The translations under genes and the position numbers were made by a program. 64,000 nucleotides of DNA from Pseudomonadota bacterium (GTDB taxonomy: Bacteria; UBA10199; 2-02-FULL-44-16; DYJF01), in the NCBI GenBank assembly GCA_043823065.1, contig JBDRBB010000009.1, forward strand, positions 64,001-128,000, read 5' to 3'. Shown one piece after another: positions 20,398-30,946 of this stretch (position 1 is the first letter of the stretch; every line of letters starts with the position of its first letter). The notes beneath the pieces were generated by a model. The model searched no databases, had not been told where the DNA came from, and saw nothing but the letters and a program-made list of their open reading frames with translations.

Positions 20398-21291
20398 ATG
20401 CATGGAATTCCCTATGCGTTAGCTTCCTATTTATTATGGGGATTGCTCCCAATCTATTGGAAGTTATTAAAACAAGTCCCTGCCTATGAGATTTTGGCTC
20501 ATCGTATTGTCTGGTCCACAGTATTTATTTTAGGCTTGCTTCTTTTGCAAGGACGCTGGTTTGAACTAAAAGACATGTTTAATTTTAAGAGAAAAATTTT
20601 GTTTTTTAGTCCTTTGCTCCTGGGCGCTAATTGGTTTATCTATGTTTGGGCAGTTAATGCTAGTCATATTGTAGATGCTTCTTTGGGTTATTTTATTTGT
20701 CCTTTGCTCACAGTTTTGTTGGGAGTGATTTTTCTAAAAGAACGTCTAAATCTTTGGCAAATCATGGCTGTGATCTTGGTATTAGTAGGCGTTTTTTATT
20801 CAATCTATCAGCTTGGTTCTTTCCCTTGGATCGCGCTTTCCATTGCTATTACCTTTAGTCTTTATAGCTTAATCAGAAAGCAGGTTAAAGTTGGGCCAAT
20901 AGTAGGTCTGGGTTGGGAAGTTTTGGTTATTAGCCCTTTGGCTTTAGGCTTCCTTTTGTATTTAGCTTTTAAGGGAAAGATTTTTTTTGGAAACGCAAAT
21001 CTAAAAACTAATTTTTTATTGATTGGTACCGGTATTATAACCACTATACCGCTGATATGTTATATTCATGCTGTGAAAAAAATAAAATTAACTACCATGG
21101 GAATTTTGCAATACGTGGCTCCTAGTTGCCAGTTGGTAGTTGGAGTTCTGCTTTATCAAGAAAAGTTCAGCAAAGATCATTTAATTGTGTTTGGTATTAT
21201 CTGGTTGGCAATTCTAATCTATTCCTTAAATTCAATTCTTTTCAGGACCTCGCCAGTGCTAGCTAAGCCTGTAATTGAACTTCCTGAATAG
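20398..21291 (+). CDS. rarD: EamA/DMT transporter RarD
   Basis: WGLLPIYWK, EILAHRIVWS, ASLGYFICPL, GILQYVAP. Confidence 0.9.
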   Translation: MHGIPYALASYLLWGLLPIYWKLLKQVPAYEILAHRIVWSTVFILGLLLLQGRWFELKDMFNFKRKILFFSPLLLGANWFIYVWAVNASHIVDASLGYFICPLLTVLLGVIFLKERLNLWQIMAVILVLVGVFYSIYQLGSFPWIALSIAITFSLYSLIRKQVKVGPIVGLGWEVLVISPLALGFLLYLAFKGKIFFGNANLKTNFLLIGTGIITTIPLICYIHAVKKIKLTTMGILQYVAPSCQLVVGVLLYQEKFSKDHLIVFGIIWLAILIYSLNSILFRTSPVLAKPVIELPE

Positions 21292-21293
21292 AA

Positions 21294-22544
21294 TTAGCTG
21301 CCAGAGAGTAAGCGGTAAGTTAATAGCACAATGCCAAGAAGGGCCATAATCAACAAAGCTCCATAAAAAACAGTTAAGGTCCAGCTAAACTTGGCTGGTT
21401 TGGGCAGTTTTCCCCATTCCCACCAAGGTACAAATCTATAGGGGTTTTCTTCTGGATATTGCCTTTCTTTTTCGCCAAATAGCCAGCCTAGAAATGAACG
21501 GCGACCTTTGCTGCTAACTTGGCTCTGTTGCTCTTGTTTGGCTTCGGCTTTTTGATCAGCTGGTGGCATAATACCCAGCTCTCTGGCAGCTTCACCTTCT
21601 GCCTTACCACCAATAAATTTGCCAGCAGTTGGTAGAGGTGAGGTGGCCATTTCCCGACCTTTGGAAGTAGCTAGGCCTAAATAGGCCAGTTCGGCGCGCA
21701 TGGTTTTTAAAAGTTCAGTCCGAAAAGAATCGCCAGGTTTTAAGTTGGCCAACTTAGCCAAGATATCTGCCAATACACTAAAACGAACATATTTTTCGAC
21801 TTGGCCGTTCTTTAAAGCCATGTCAGAAATGATTACTCCTTTTTCACCTTTCATAATAACTCCGCGTAGAAAAAATTCGCGCACATCATCTAAAGATATT
21901 TTTTTGGCAGCCAGTCGTTCTCTGAAAGCATTAAAAAAGTTTCGCCATTGTTCTTCTGTTTTTTCCAGAAATTTTGGTTTGCCATCTGCTGCTTCTTGCG
22001 CCATTTTTTTTCCGCCTTCAAATCGTTCTAAAATAAAGCGCTCAAAATTGGAGAGCATTTTCTCCAGGTTTTTCTCGCCCTCGGTAGTGCCTTCTTTGGC
22101 GGTAGCGCGACCGGCACGATCAGCAAAATAGTTTTCATATTCTTTTTCTTTGGCAGCTTCTAATTTTCCTTTACGAATTTCCATTTGAGCTTCTTGTTTG
22201 GCTTCTTCCTTGCTTCTGGTTCGGGCTTCCTGCTTAGCTTCTTCTTTAGTATCAGCTCTTTGCCCAGCTCTTTGCGGTTGTTCCCGGTTATCTTCAACAA
22301 CCCGATTGCTGCCAGGCAGACGAAAGTGTTCATAAACTGTGGTGGCATTCACGTTTCTGGCGGCAGCTTGCATAAAATGAGGTAGCATTCTGGCTAATTG
22401 AAATCCATCCCGACCAGCCCGCTGTACTAGGTCGCGCTGCAAGGAAGCAATTTGTTCTTGGGGCGCGTGATTTTCAATAGCACTATATAATTCACGAACT
22501 GCCTGATCTATTGGTCCTAAATTGTCTCCTGCGGGAAAAGACAT
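21294..22544 (-). CDS. Hypothetical protein with charged helical region and single C-terminal TM helix
   Basis: 416-aa ORF with GGAGG RBS; KEEAKQEA repeats; C-terminal hydrophobic anchor. Confidence 0.75.
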   Translation of the reverse strand: MSFPAGDNLGPIDQAVRELYSAIENHAPQEQIASLQRDLVQRAGRDGFQLARMLPHFMQAAARNVNATTVYEHFRLPGSNRVVEDNREQPQRAGQRADTKEEAKQEARTRSKEEAKQEAQMEIRKGKLEAAKEKEYENYFADRAGRATAKEGTTEGEKNLEKMLSNFERFILERFEGGKKMAQEAADGKPKFLEKTEEQWRNFFNAFRERLAAKKISLDDVREFFLRGVIMKGEKGVIISDMALKNGQVEKYVRFSVLADILAKLANLKPGDSFRTELLKTMRAELAYLGLATSKGREMATSPLPTAGKFIGGKAEGEAARELGIMPPADQKAEAKQEQQSQVSSKGRRSFLGWLFGEKERQYPEENPYRFVPWWEWGKLPKPAKFSWTLTVFYGALLIMALLGIVLLTYRLLSGS

Positions 22545-22628
22545 GATTCCTCCATGTTGGGAATTATACTATATCTTGCCTACACTGTCATCTTGCATTT
22601 AGTTATTATCTTGCTAAGAAGGCAACTT

Positions 22629-25600
22629 ATGCAGGTTTTTGAGGAAATTTTAGCTGCGCTTAAGGCCAAAAACCAAAGGATTAATATCAATGGCTTATGC
22701 GGAGCTGCGCCTGCTTTTTTGCTTTCCAAAATTTGGCAAACCTTTCCTGAACAAAATATTTTGGTGTTGGCTGCTACTCCTGAGCAGGCCAGGGCTATTT
22801 ATGAGGATCTGCTGGTTTTTGTTCAGCCTCAAACTGCAAAAGAGCTTTTTTATTTTCCCGAGCCAGATGTTTTGCCTTATACGCAGCTTTCTCCTGAACC
22901 TAGAATTTGGTCGGAACGTTTACGCCTGCTTTATGAAATAGCTCATGGCCAAAAAGGTATGATGGTGGCGCCAATTGCTGCTTGTTTGCGCTATGTGCCT
23001 CCTAAATTTTTCGTGGCCAATTGTGTGCGTTATATTCACTTGGCCCAACAATTAGATCGAGAAGATCTAATCTATTGGCTTTTAGAAAATGGCTATACCG
23101 AGGTTTCAGTGGTGGAGGATGTTGGCGAGTTTGCCAAACGCGGTGGTATCTTAGACATCTGGAGTCCTACTACGCAAAAACCTATTCGCTTTGAACTTGA
23201 GGGAGATAAAATTATTTCTCTGCGCGAGTTTGATCCAGTTACGCAACGCTCTAAAAAAGATTTACAAAAATTCAGTATTATTCCTGTGCGGGATGTTCCC
23301 TTAAATATTGAATCTTGCCGCTTGGCCATCCAGTCCATTCAGGCCTTGGCCCAGAAGAATAATTTTCCAGAAAAGGAAACCCAGCGTTTAATAGAATATT
23401 TAAATGACCGGGTTGCTTTTTCAGGTATTGAAACTTTTCTGTCATTATTTCACGGAGCAATCGCTTCTTTATTTGATTTTTTGCCCCCAGATACACTGAT
23501 TGTGACAGATGATCCAATTGAGTTGGAACAATCTGTAAGCAAGCTTTTAACTTCTATCCATGATTTGGCTAAATATACCACAGGGCCAGAGCGTTTGATT
23601 GCCCCAGAGCGTTTATATCTTTCCTGGGAAAAGTTGGGAGAGCAGATGAATGCTTTCCAACAAATCAAGTTGGGTAGCTTACAGGTAAGCCAACCCAATG
23701 CTGAGCCAGAAAAAAATATCAAAATTGAAACCTTTGCTAATACAGATTTGCGACCAAAGATGGAAGGACATATTAAAGATGAAGATCCATTAAGGCCTTT
23801 GGTTAAATATCTCAAAGAACGCAGTTTACCAGAAGAAAAGATTGTTTTTACCTGCCATACTTCTGTGCAGGCCCAACGCTTAAAAAGTCTATTTCAATGG
23901 CAAGGTATTGATCTAACTGAATTTACGGCTGGTTTTGAAAATTTGGAATTTAGCAAAGCTCAGTTTAAGATTAGAATAGCTAAACTTTCCGGAGGATTTC
24001 GCTGGCCAGAGCTTGGGATTTCCATCATTACTGATGAAGAACTTTTTGGTACTAAAGTTGTGCGTAAGGTTAAGCAACGTCCTCCTGCTGAGTTTTTTAC
24101 TTCTTTTTCAGAACTGGTTGAAGGTGACTATTTGGTGCATGATCAGCATGGTATTGGGCGTTATTTAGGACTCAAAAATCTGAATATAGATAATCACAAC
24201 AATGATTTTATCCTTTTGGAATATTTAGAAGGAGACAAACTTTATTTGCCAGTTTATCGTCTAAATCTTTTGCAAAAATATATTGGCCCTGGAGATAGTT
24301 TGCCGCTTTTAGATAAATTAGGTGGTACGCGTTGGGTTAGTGTTCAGGAAAAAGCAAAAAAGGACATTGTCAAAATCGCCAAAGAACTACTGCACATTTA
24401 TGCCTCCAGGCAAGTGCATCCTGGGTTTAAATTCCCACCACCAGACGCTGCCTATGAAGAATTTTCAGCTAGTTTCCCTTATGATGAGACACCAGATCAG
24501 AAACAAGCCATTGATGATGTGTTGCGCGACATGGAACTGGAAATACCTATGGATCGTTTGATTTGCGGTGATGTGGGTTATGGAAAAACAGAAGTGGCTA
24601 TGCGCGCTGCATTTAAGGCGATTATGGCTGGAAAACAGGTGGCAATTTTAGTGCCCACCACTTTGCTGGCTTTTCAACATTATGAAAATTTTAGAAGGCG
24701 TTTTGAGGAAACACCAATCAAAGTGGAAATGCTTTCGCGTTTTCGCAGCAGCAAAGAACAAAAAGCTATTATTGAAGAATTAAAAAAAGGTATAATTGAT
24801 ATTGTTATTGGCACGCACTGCTTACTACAAAAAGGGATTGGTTTTAGAGATCTTGGGCTTTTAGTAATAGATGAAGAGCAGCGTTTCGGAGTTTCGCACA
24901 AAGAAAAAATGAAAAAATTGCGAACTACAGTGGATTGCCTAACTTTAACTGCCACGCCAATTCCGCGTACCTTGCACCTTTCTTTAACCGGTATTCGAGA
25001 TATCAGCATTATCAACACTCCGCCTCTGGATCGTTTGGCAATATCAACGGAAGTGGTGCCCTTTGATGACGGCATAATTCGGCATGCTATTCGCGAAGAA
25101 CTGGCCAGGGATGGTCAGATATTTTTTGTCCACAACAGAGTGCAAACCATACGTTCCATGGAGGAATATTTAAGCCAACTTTTACCTGAAGCAAAAATTG
25201 GCGTGGCTCATGGCCAGCTGAAAGAAAGACAGTTGGAAGAAGTTATGACCAAATTTATCAAAAAAGATCTAAATGTCTTATTAACCACTTCTATTATTGA
25301 ATCTGGTTTGGATATTCCTTCAGCCAATACAATTATTATTAATCGGGCTGACACTTTTGGTTTGGCCCAGCTTTATCAAATTAGAGGCCGAATCGGTCGC
25401 TCCAACCGACGGGCTTTTGCCTATCTGCTTTTGCCTCAAGACAAGACAATTACGCCCACAGCTAAAAAACGTTTAACGGTTTTGCAGCGGTTTACTGATT
25501 TGGGTAGTGGTTTTCAAATCTCCATGCATGATCTAGAAATTCGCGGATCTGGTAATATTTTGGGAAGCGCTCAATCAGGACATGTAGCAGCGATTGGCTA

Positions 25601-26126
25601 TGAAATGTACACCAAGCTTTTGGCTAAAGAAATAGGTAGGCTCCAGGGTAAAAAAATTGAAACTGAAATTGATCCAGATCTAAATTTAGCCATTTCAGCT
25701 TATTTGCCTCCTGATTATGTTGAAGATAGTGGAACCAGGTTAGATATTTATCGCCGTTTGGCTTCCAGAATAAATTTGGCAGAAATCAAAGAAATGGAGC
25801 AGGAAATTGAAGATCGATTTGGTGGGCTGCCAGAAGAGGCCAAAAATCTATTGGGCGTGATGGAAATCAAAGTTATGGCCAAAGAACTTCGGACCAATCA
25901 AATTACTTTTGATGGTCGCACGTTTTCTGGTCGTTTGGATAAAACAAACCAAGTAGATCTTAATAAACTAGCCCAGCTAATTAGCAGAGACAGTCAGCGT
26001 TATATTTTACGGCCACCAGACCGGATTTTATATGTAACCAACGGAATTGAGCAAGCTTCAGAGATAATTAAAGAGGCTAAAAACTTCTTGAGAGAGCTTG
26101 GCAGCTGTGTTAGCACCAAACAATAA
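22629..26126 (+). CDS. mfd: Transcription-repair coupling factor
   Basis: HGIGRY (CarD-like), DRLICGDVGYGKTEVA, DEEQRFG, TATPIPRTL, QIRGRIGRS, TRCF C-terminal domain. Confidence 0.97.
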   Translation: MQVFEEILAALKAKNQRININGLCGAAPAFLLSKIWQTFPEQNILVLAATPEQARAIYEDLLVFVQPQTAKELFYFPEPDVLPYTQLSPEPRIWSERLRLLYEIAHGQKGMMVAPIAACLRYVPPKFFVANCVRYIHLAQQLDREDLIYWLLENGYTEVSVVEDVGEFAKRGGILDIWSPTTQKPIRFELEGDKIISLREFDPVTQRSKKDLQKFSIIPVRDVPLNIESCRLAIQSIQALAQKNNFPEKETQRLIEYLNDRVAFSGIETFLSLFHGAIASLFDFLPPDTLIVTDDPIELEQSVSKLLTSIHDLAKYTTGPERLIAPERLYLSWEKLGEQMNAFQQIKLGSLQVSQPNAEPEKNIKIETFANTDLRPKMEGHIKDEDPLRPLVKYLKERSLPEEKIVFTCHTSVQAQRLKSLFQWQGIDLTEFTAGFENLEFSKAQFKIRIAKLSGGFRWPELGISIITDEELFGTKVVRKVKQRPPAEFFTSFSELVEGDYLVHDQHGIGRYLGLKNLNIDNHNNDFILLEYLEGDKLYLPVYRLNLLQKYIGPGDSLPLLDKLGGTRWVSVQEKAKKDIVKIAKELLHIYASRQVHPGFKFPPPDAAYEEFSASFPYDETPDQKQAIDDVLRDMELEIPMDRLICGDVGYGKTEVAMRAAFKAIMAGKQVAILVPTTLLAFQHYENFRRRFEETPIKVEMLSRFRSSKEQKAIIEELKKGIIDIVIGTHCLLQKGIGFRDLGLLVIDEEQRFGVSHKEKMKKLRTTVDCLTLTATPIPRTLHLSLTGIRDISIINTPPLDRLAISTEVVPFDDGIIRHAIREELARDGQIFFVHNRVQTIRSMEEYLSQLLPEAKIGVAHGQLKERQLEEVMTKFIKKDLNVLLTTSIIESGLDIPSANTIIINRADTFGLAQLYQIRGRIGRSNRRAFAYLLLPQDKTITPTAKKRLTVLQRFTDLGSGFQISMHDLEIRGSGNILGSAQSGHVAAIGYEMYTKLLAKEIGRLQGKKIETEIDPDLNLAISAYLPPDYVEDSGTRLDIYRRLASRINLAEIKEMEQEIEDRFGGLPEEAKNLLGVMEIKVMAKELRTNQITFDGRTFSGRLDKTNQVDLNKLAQLISRDSQRYILRPPDRILYVTNGIEQASEIIKEAKNFLRELGSCVSTKQ

Positions 26127-26133
26127 ATAGCCT

Positions 26134-27015
26134 ATGAATAAAGCTCGGAAAATAATAATTTTAAGCCTGTTTTTAATGGCAGCTTGTTCCAAGCCAGAAA
26201 AGATTGTGGCCACAGTCGATGGTTTTCAGATTACCCAGACAGACTTGCAGCATGCTTTAAATATTGAAAAAGAAAATTACGACCCCTTGCTTTTAAAAGT
26301 TAAAGAAAATGCAGCCAATTTTAAATTGGCCTTGCTGAACAAATTGGTGCAAGAGACAATTTTGATTAATGAAGCTAAAAAAGCTGGATTAAAATTAACC
26401 ACGACTGAAGAAGAAGGGATCAAAACTTCAACAAATCATGATGATTATTGGTTGGAGAGGCAGAAAAAAAAGCTGCTAATTAATAAGTTGATTAATGTAA
26501 AAATTGGCGAGCAAATTGAAATATCTTCTAAAGATATTAGCTTATATTATAACAGCCATCGCCAGGATTTTTTTCAGCCAGAGCAATTTCGAGCACGCCA
26601 AATTATTGTAGATGACAGGCAATTAGCGGTGGATATTTTGCAGAAGATTAGCAAAGGTGAAAACTTTGCCGAACTGGCTAAAAAATATTCCTTAAGTCCA
26701 GATGCTGAGCAAGGGGGAGATTTGGGTTTTTTCGATGTCCAGTCTTTTCCGCCAGTTTTTACCAGAATTTGTGAACAATTAGACATAAACGAAGTTAGTG
26801 AAGTTGTTAAAACAGATTATGGCTATCAGATTTTTCAGCTATTAGGAAGACGTGAAGAACGTCAAAAAAGTTTGGATGAAGTCTCAAAAAACATAGAGTT
26901 TTTGTTAAAGGAAAAGCAAGGCCAAAAGGTTTTTAGTCAATGGTTTGCTGATTTACAAAAGCAGGCCAACGTGCAAATAAATCAAGAAGTACTCAAGGAG
27001 GTTGAAATTGATTAA
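26134..27015 (+). CDS. Parvulin-type peptidyl-prolyl isomerase lipoprotein (PrsA/PpiC-like)
   Basis: Lipobox MAAC; FAELAKKYS...GGDLGFF, VKTDYGYQI. Confidence 0.88.
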   Translation: MNKARKIIILSLFLMAACSKPEKIVATVDGFQITQTDLQHALNIEKENYDPLLLKVKENAANFKLALLNKLVQETILINEAKKAGLKLTTTEEEGIKTSTNHDDYWLERQKKKLLINKLINVKIGEQIEISSKDISLYYNSHRQDFFQPEQFRARQIIVDDRQLAVDILQKISKGENFAELAKKYSLSPDAEQGGDLGFFDVQSFPPVFTRICEQLDINEVSEVVKTDYGYQIFQLLGRREERQKSLDEVSKNIEFLLKEKQGQKVFSQWFADLQKQANVQINQEVLKEVEID

Positions 27016-27655
27016 GATCATTAAAATCAGGCAGATTTTAATGCTTGCTAGCATGTTAATTTTTTTAAGTCTTAATGCTTTTGCAGTTGAGATGGTTGAT
27101 CGTGTTGTGGCTGTGGTAGATGGAGACGTGGTCACCATGTCAGATTTAGAAGAAATTATAGATATGACCCCTAAACAGGGTCGGCCAATTTTAGAACAGA
27201 AGATGGAAAACTTTAGAAGCGAAGCTTTGGATGGCTTAATTGATGATATCTTGCTTAGACATGAGATTGAAAAAACAAAAATAGAAGTTAATGAAGAAGA
27301 ATTAACTAGGGCCATTGCCAGCGTTTTACGTCAAAATCAGATAAGCCCAGAACAGTTACGCACAGACTTGGCTAAAAAAGGTATTAGTTATGATGTTTAT
27401 AAACAGCAGATTACAGATCAAATAAAGATGATTAAATTTGTTAATCAAGTGATTGGTTCCCAAATAAAAATTGAGGAACTTGAGTTAAGAGATTATTTTA
27501 AAAAGCATCAAGATATGTTTGGTGGCGGAGATGTAGATTTTGAGAAGGCCAAGGAAAAAGTGCATGATGCCTTATATGAAGAAAAAACCCAGGAAGGTTT
27601 GCAAAATTATTTGTTTCGTTTGCGTCAAAAGGCTTACATAGATATTAGACTTTAG
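27008..27655 (+). CDS. SurA N-terminal-domain chaperone (no parvulin domain)
   Basis: Signal peptide; VDRVVAVVDGDVVT; ends LRQKAYIDIRL; probable TTG start after AGGAGG. Confidence 0.8.
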   Translation: MIKIIKIRQILMLASMLIFLSLNAFAVEMVDRVVAVVDGDVVTMSDLEEIIDMTPKQGRPILEQKMENFRSEALDGLIDDILLRHEIEKTKIEVNEEELTRAIASVLRQNQISPEQLRTDLAKKGISYDVYKQQITDQIKMIKFVNQVIGSQIKIEELELRDYFKKHQDMFGGGDVDFEKAKEKVHDALYEEKTQEGLQNYLFRLRQKAYIDIRL

Positions 27656-27671
27656 TTACTTTATGGAGGAG

Positions 27672-28709
27672 ATGATGTCGCGGATTGGTATCACCATGGG
27701 TGACCCAAAAGGTGTAGGTCCAGAACTTATTGCCAAGGCTTGGAAAGAAATGGAGCCGGCCATTCGTCAAAAGATACGTATTTATGGAGATCGCACTGTT
27801 TTAGATGTTTCAGCCAAAATGGTGGGCACGACATTTGATCCAAAACAACTGGTCATTACCTCTAGCGTTGCCGGTCCAGTTGGTAATATTTCTGAACCAG
27901 ACGCTTCCAGGATTACACTTCTTGCCCTAAAGGCGGCCATTGTTGATATAAAAGCAGGTTCTATAGATGCTTTGGTAACCGCACCAGTCAATAAGTTTCG
28001 CATGCAGATTACCGAACCCAATTTTACTGGTCATACAGAAACTTTGGCCAAAGCAGCTGGTGTGCGCGATGTAATTATGATGTTTGCCTGTCCGCCTGTT
28101 ATGCCTGATAGTACCTTGGCCAAACAAGTTGGATTGCCCATTGCTAATCTTTGTTCTGCAAATACTAAACCAATTTACTATGACAAGCTGCGCATTAGTT
28201 TGGTCACCACTCATTTACCTCTGAAAGAGGTCTCAGCTCATATTAGCAAACATAAAATTTTGACCACCATCCATTTAACCGTTGAAGCGCTTAAACGCTT
28301 TTTTGATTGTGAGCGTCCCAGGATTGCCGTGTTAAGTTTAAATCCTCATGCAGGAGAAGGTGGCGTGCTTGGTACAGAGGAAGAGGAAGTTATTGTTCCG
28401 GCAATTGGTCGGGCCAGAAAAGAAGGGATTATTTGTTTTGGTCCTTTTACTTCAGATGCGCTTTTCGGTAAAAAAGAAATTGATTTTGATGCAGTGATTG
28501 CCATGTATCATGATCAGGGTTTAACACCCATGAAGATTATCTGCCCGGATCGGGTGGTAAATGTAACATTAGGACTGCCATTTGTCCGCACATCGCCAGG
28601 TCATGGCACTGCTGAAGATATTGCGTGGCGTGGTCAAGCCAGGTCAGAAAGTATGATTTCTGCAATTGAAATGGCAGATCATTTATTAAGAAAACAAGGC
28701 AAGGTTTAG
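27672..28709 (+). CDS. pdxA: 4-hydroxythreonine-4-phosphate dehydrogenase
   Basis: TMGDPKGVGPE, TAPVNK, GHTE, NPHAGEGG, MYHDQG, RTSPGHGTA. Confidence 0.93.
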   Translation: MMSRIGITMGDPKGVGPELIAKAWKEMEPAIRQKIRIYGDRTVLDVSAKMVGTTFDPKQLVITSSVAGPVGNISEPDASRITLLALKAAIVDIKAGSIDALVTAPVNKFRMQITEPNFTGHTETLAKAAGVRDVIMMFACPPVMPDSTLAKQVGLPIANLCSANTKPIYYDKLRISLVTTHLPLKEVSAHISKHKILTTIHLTVEALKRFFDCERPRIAVLSLNPHAGEGGVLGTEEEEVIVPAIGRARKEGIICFGPFTSDALFGKKEIDFDAVIAMYHDQGLTPMKIICPDRVVNVTLGLPFVRTSPGHGTAEDIAWRGQARSESMISAIEMADHLLRKQGKV

Positions 28710-28718
28710 GAGGAAGTA

Positions 28719-30125
28719 ATGTCGGAAATAAAATTTGGCACTGATGGCTGGCGGGCAATTGTTGATAAGGATTTTATTCCAGAAAATATCAAAAAAGTTA
28801 TTCAAGCTTTTGCTGACTACTATCCTGAGCTGCCAGAGGCTGGAAGGCCAGTAGCTGTCGGTTACGATCGTCGTAACAAATCCAAAGAATCTGCCGACTT
28901 GATTGCTTCTGTTTTATTGGCCAATAATATTCCAACGATCTTAAGTAATAATTTTTGTCCTACTCCAACTGTTTCTTGGCTGGTTAAAAATAAAAAATGC
29001 GCTGCCGGAATTATGGTAACTGCCAGTCATAATCCTGCTCAATGGAACGGTATTAAATTTAAGGAAAGTTATGGTGGAGCTGCCTCGGAAAAATATGTGC
29101 ATCTTATTGAAGATTATATCGCTAAAAATGAGGTTCAAAGAAAAGTTCCAAAAACAGTAGAGATTAAAAATCATCCTAAATTAGAAATGTTTGATCCTTA
29201 TGGCGAGTATTTGAGTGTTTTTGCGAGCATGGTTGACCTGGATCTGATCAAGAAGAAAAAATATAAGATTGTGATTGATCCTTTATATGGGGCAGGTACA
29301 GGATTTTTTACCAGACTTTTTGGAGATATGGTGGAGGAAATTCATACCAAAGCCGACATTACCTTTGGCGGTTTGCATCCAGAACCAATTCCACCCAATA
29401 CCAATGAATTAGTCGATAAAGTTGAAAAAGGCAAATATACTGCTGGTTTGCTGATGGATGGCGATGCAGACCGGGCAGGGGCTGTTGATGAAACAGGCAA
29501 ATTTGTTACTACTCATGAAATATTTTCGCTCTTAATCAAACATTTGGTTGAGGATAAGAAATGGAAGGGGAAAATTATAAAATCTATTTCCACAACCATG
29601 ATGATTGATCGTTTAGGCAAGAAATATGGGTTGCCAGTTGATACTGTGCCAGTTGGGTTTAAATATATTAGCCCAGCCATGAAAGAGCCAGGAGTTTTAA
29701 TTGGCGGTGAAGAAAGCGGAGGCTTTGGTTTGCCCAGGCATATTCCAGAGCGAGATGGCATCTTTTCTGATTTGCTCTTGCTTGAACTTATGGCCACAAC
29801 TGGCAAAAAATTAAGTGAACTAGTTGCTGATTTGCAAAAAGATGTTGGCCCAACTTTTTACAAGCGGGTTGATAACCATCTTTCTCAAGAACAAATTCAA
29901 AAAGTTAGAGAGCGCATGAAAGATTTAAATATCAAGGCAATTGGCGAGCGCAAAGTTACCAAACACACTACCATAGATGGCCATCATTTCTTGTTTGATG
30001 ATGAAAGCTGGCTACTTTTCCGCGCTTCAGGCACAGAACCTTTAATTCGGGTCTATGCTGAAGCGCCAACCATGGAGCAAGTAGAGGCATTTTTGAAAGA
30101 GGGCATGAAGGCCGTAGGATTGTAA
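28719..30125 (+). CDS. Phosphoglucomutase/phosphomannomutase
   Basis: FGTDGWR, TASHNP, DGDADR, GEESGG, RASGTEP. Confidence 0.95.
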   Translation: MSEIKFGTDGWRAIVDKDFIPENIKKVIQAFADYYPELPEAGRPVAVGYDRRNKSKESADLIASVLLANNIPTILSNNFCPTPTVSWLVKNKKCAAGIMVTASHNPAQWNGIKFKESYGGAASEKYVHLIEDYIAKNEVQRKVPKTVEIKNHPKLEMFDPYGEYLSVFASMVDLDLIKKKKYKIVIDPLYGAGTGFFTRLFGDMVEEIHTKADITFGGLHPEPIPPNTNELVDKVEKGKYTAGLLMDGDADRAGAVDETGKFVTTHEIFSLLIKHLVEDKKWKGKIIKSISTTMMIDRLGKKYGLPVDTVPVGFKYISPAMKEPGVLIGGEESGGFGLPRHIPERDGIFSDLLLLELMATTGKKLSELVADLQKDVGPTFYKRVDNHLSQEQIQKVRERMKDLNIKAIGERKVTKHTTIDGHHFLFDDESWLLFRASGTEPLIRVYAEAPTMEQVEAFLKEGMKAVGL

Positions 30126-30129
30126 AGGC

Positions 30130-30156
30130 TGTCATTCCCGCGAAAGCGGGAATCTA
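30130..30156. repeat. Family B palindrome, single copy
   Basis: TGTCATTCCCGCGAAAGCGGGAATCTA. Confidence 0.8.
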
Positions 30157-30167
30157 AATAATAAAAT

Positions 30168-30659
30168 ATGATTTCAGCAAAGACCAAAAATACTGTGCGC
30201 AATGTTTTATGGCCCTTGGTTTTGATCACTATAATTGGTGGCCAATTTTATCCTTGGTTGGGTTTTATTGTGCCCATAGTTATGTTAACCGGAATTATCG
30301 GTGCGGCTATTTACGGAGGTCGTTTTATCTGTGGTTGGATTTGTCCGCGTGGTTCGTTTTATGATTTGGTTATCTCCAAGATATCTAGAAACAAAACAAT
30401 TCCAAAATTTTTTCGAAATTCTTTGGCGCGCTATAGTTTATTAGTCCTGCTCATGGGTTTTATGATTCTGCAAATAGCCTTAGATGCAGGAAATATAACT
30501 CATTGGGGAGTAGTTTTTGTCAGATTGTGTGCGGTAACCACAGCTATTGGCGTAATGTTAGCAATTATTTTTCACCCCCGCACCTGGTGCACATTCTGCC
30601 CCATGGGCACAATTCAAAGTCACCTTGGAAAGAAAAAGACAATTTCCAGTACAACTTAA
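30168..30659 (+). CDS. Small membrane protein with two CxxxCP motifs (NapH/MauN-like 4Fe-4S-binding family)
   Basis: GRFICGWICPRG and PRTWCTFCPMG with 4 TM helices. Confidence 0.82.
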   Translation: MISAKTKNTVRNVLWPLVLITIIGGQFYPWLGFIVPIVMLTGIIGAAIYGGRFICGWICPRGSFYDLVISKISRNKTIPKFFRNSLARYSLLVLLMGFMILQIALDAGNITHWGVVFVRLCAVTTAIGVMLAIIFHPRTWCTFCPMGTIQSHLGKKKTISSTT

Positions 30660-30909
30660 AAATTCCCTTTCGGAGGCAAGGCCTTCAAAGCGGGCGCACG
30701 AAACCGGGTTATTCATCGTTAAAATAGCGCTGTTTTTAAGGCGAGTTAGAGGACTATTAATCCTTAAGGACTACCAAACATTTAAGGTAAATTTTGGATT
30801 TAGCGAAGCAACACCCCCTGTACCAGAATTTCATTTATATCATAAGAATACGGTATTCAAAATATAAAATAAGCTGTATGGCAGACGACGTGCGAAAGAC
30901 GAATTTTGA

Positions 30910-30938
30910 TTGCAAATAGAGGTCCCTCTGGCTACACT
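30910..30938 (+). promoter_or_regulatory. Sigma70-type promoter of uvrA, probably leaderless
   Basis: TTGCAA-N17-TACACT ending 8 nt before ATG; no Shine-Dalgarno sequence. Confidence 0.55.
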
Positions 30939-30946
30939 GACCTGCT

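Noticed and set aside
30625..30900. 80-aa ORF or ncRNA between the membrane Fe-S gene and uvrA
   Set aside because: No RBS, recognisable motif or convincing RNA structure; left unexplained
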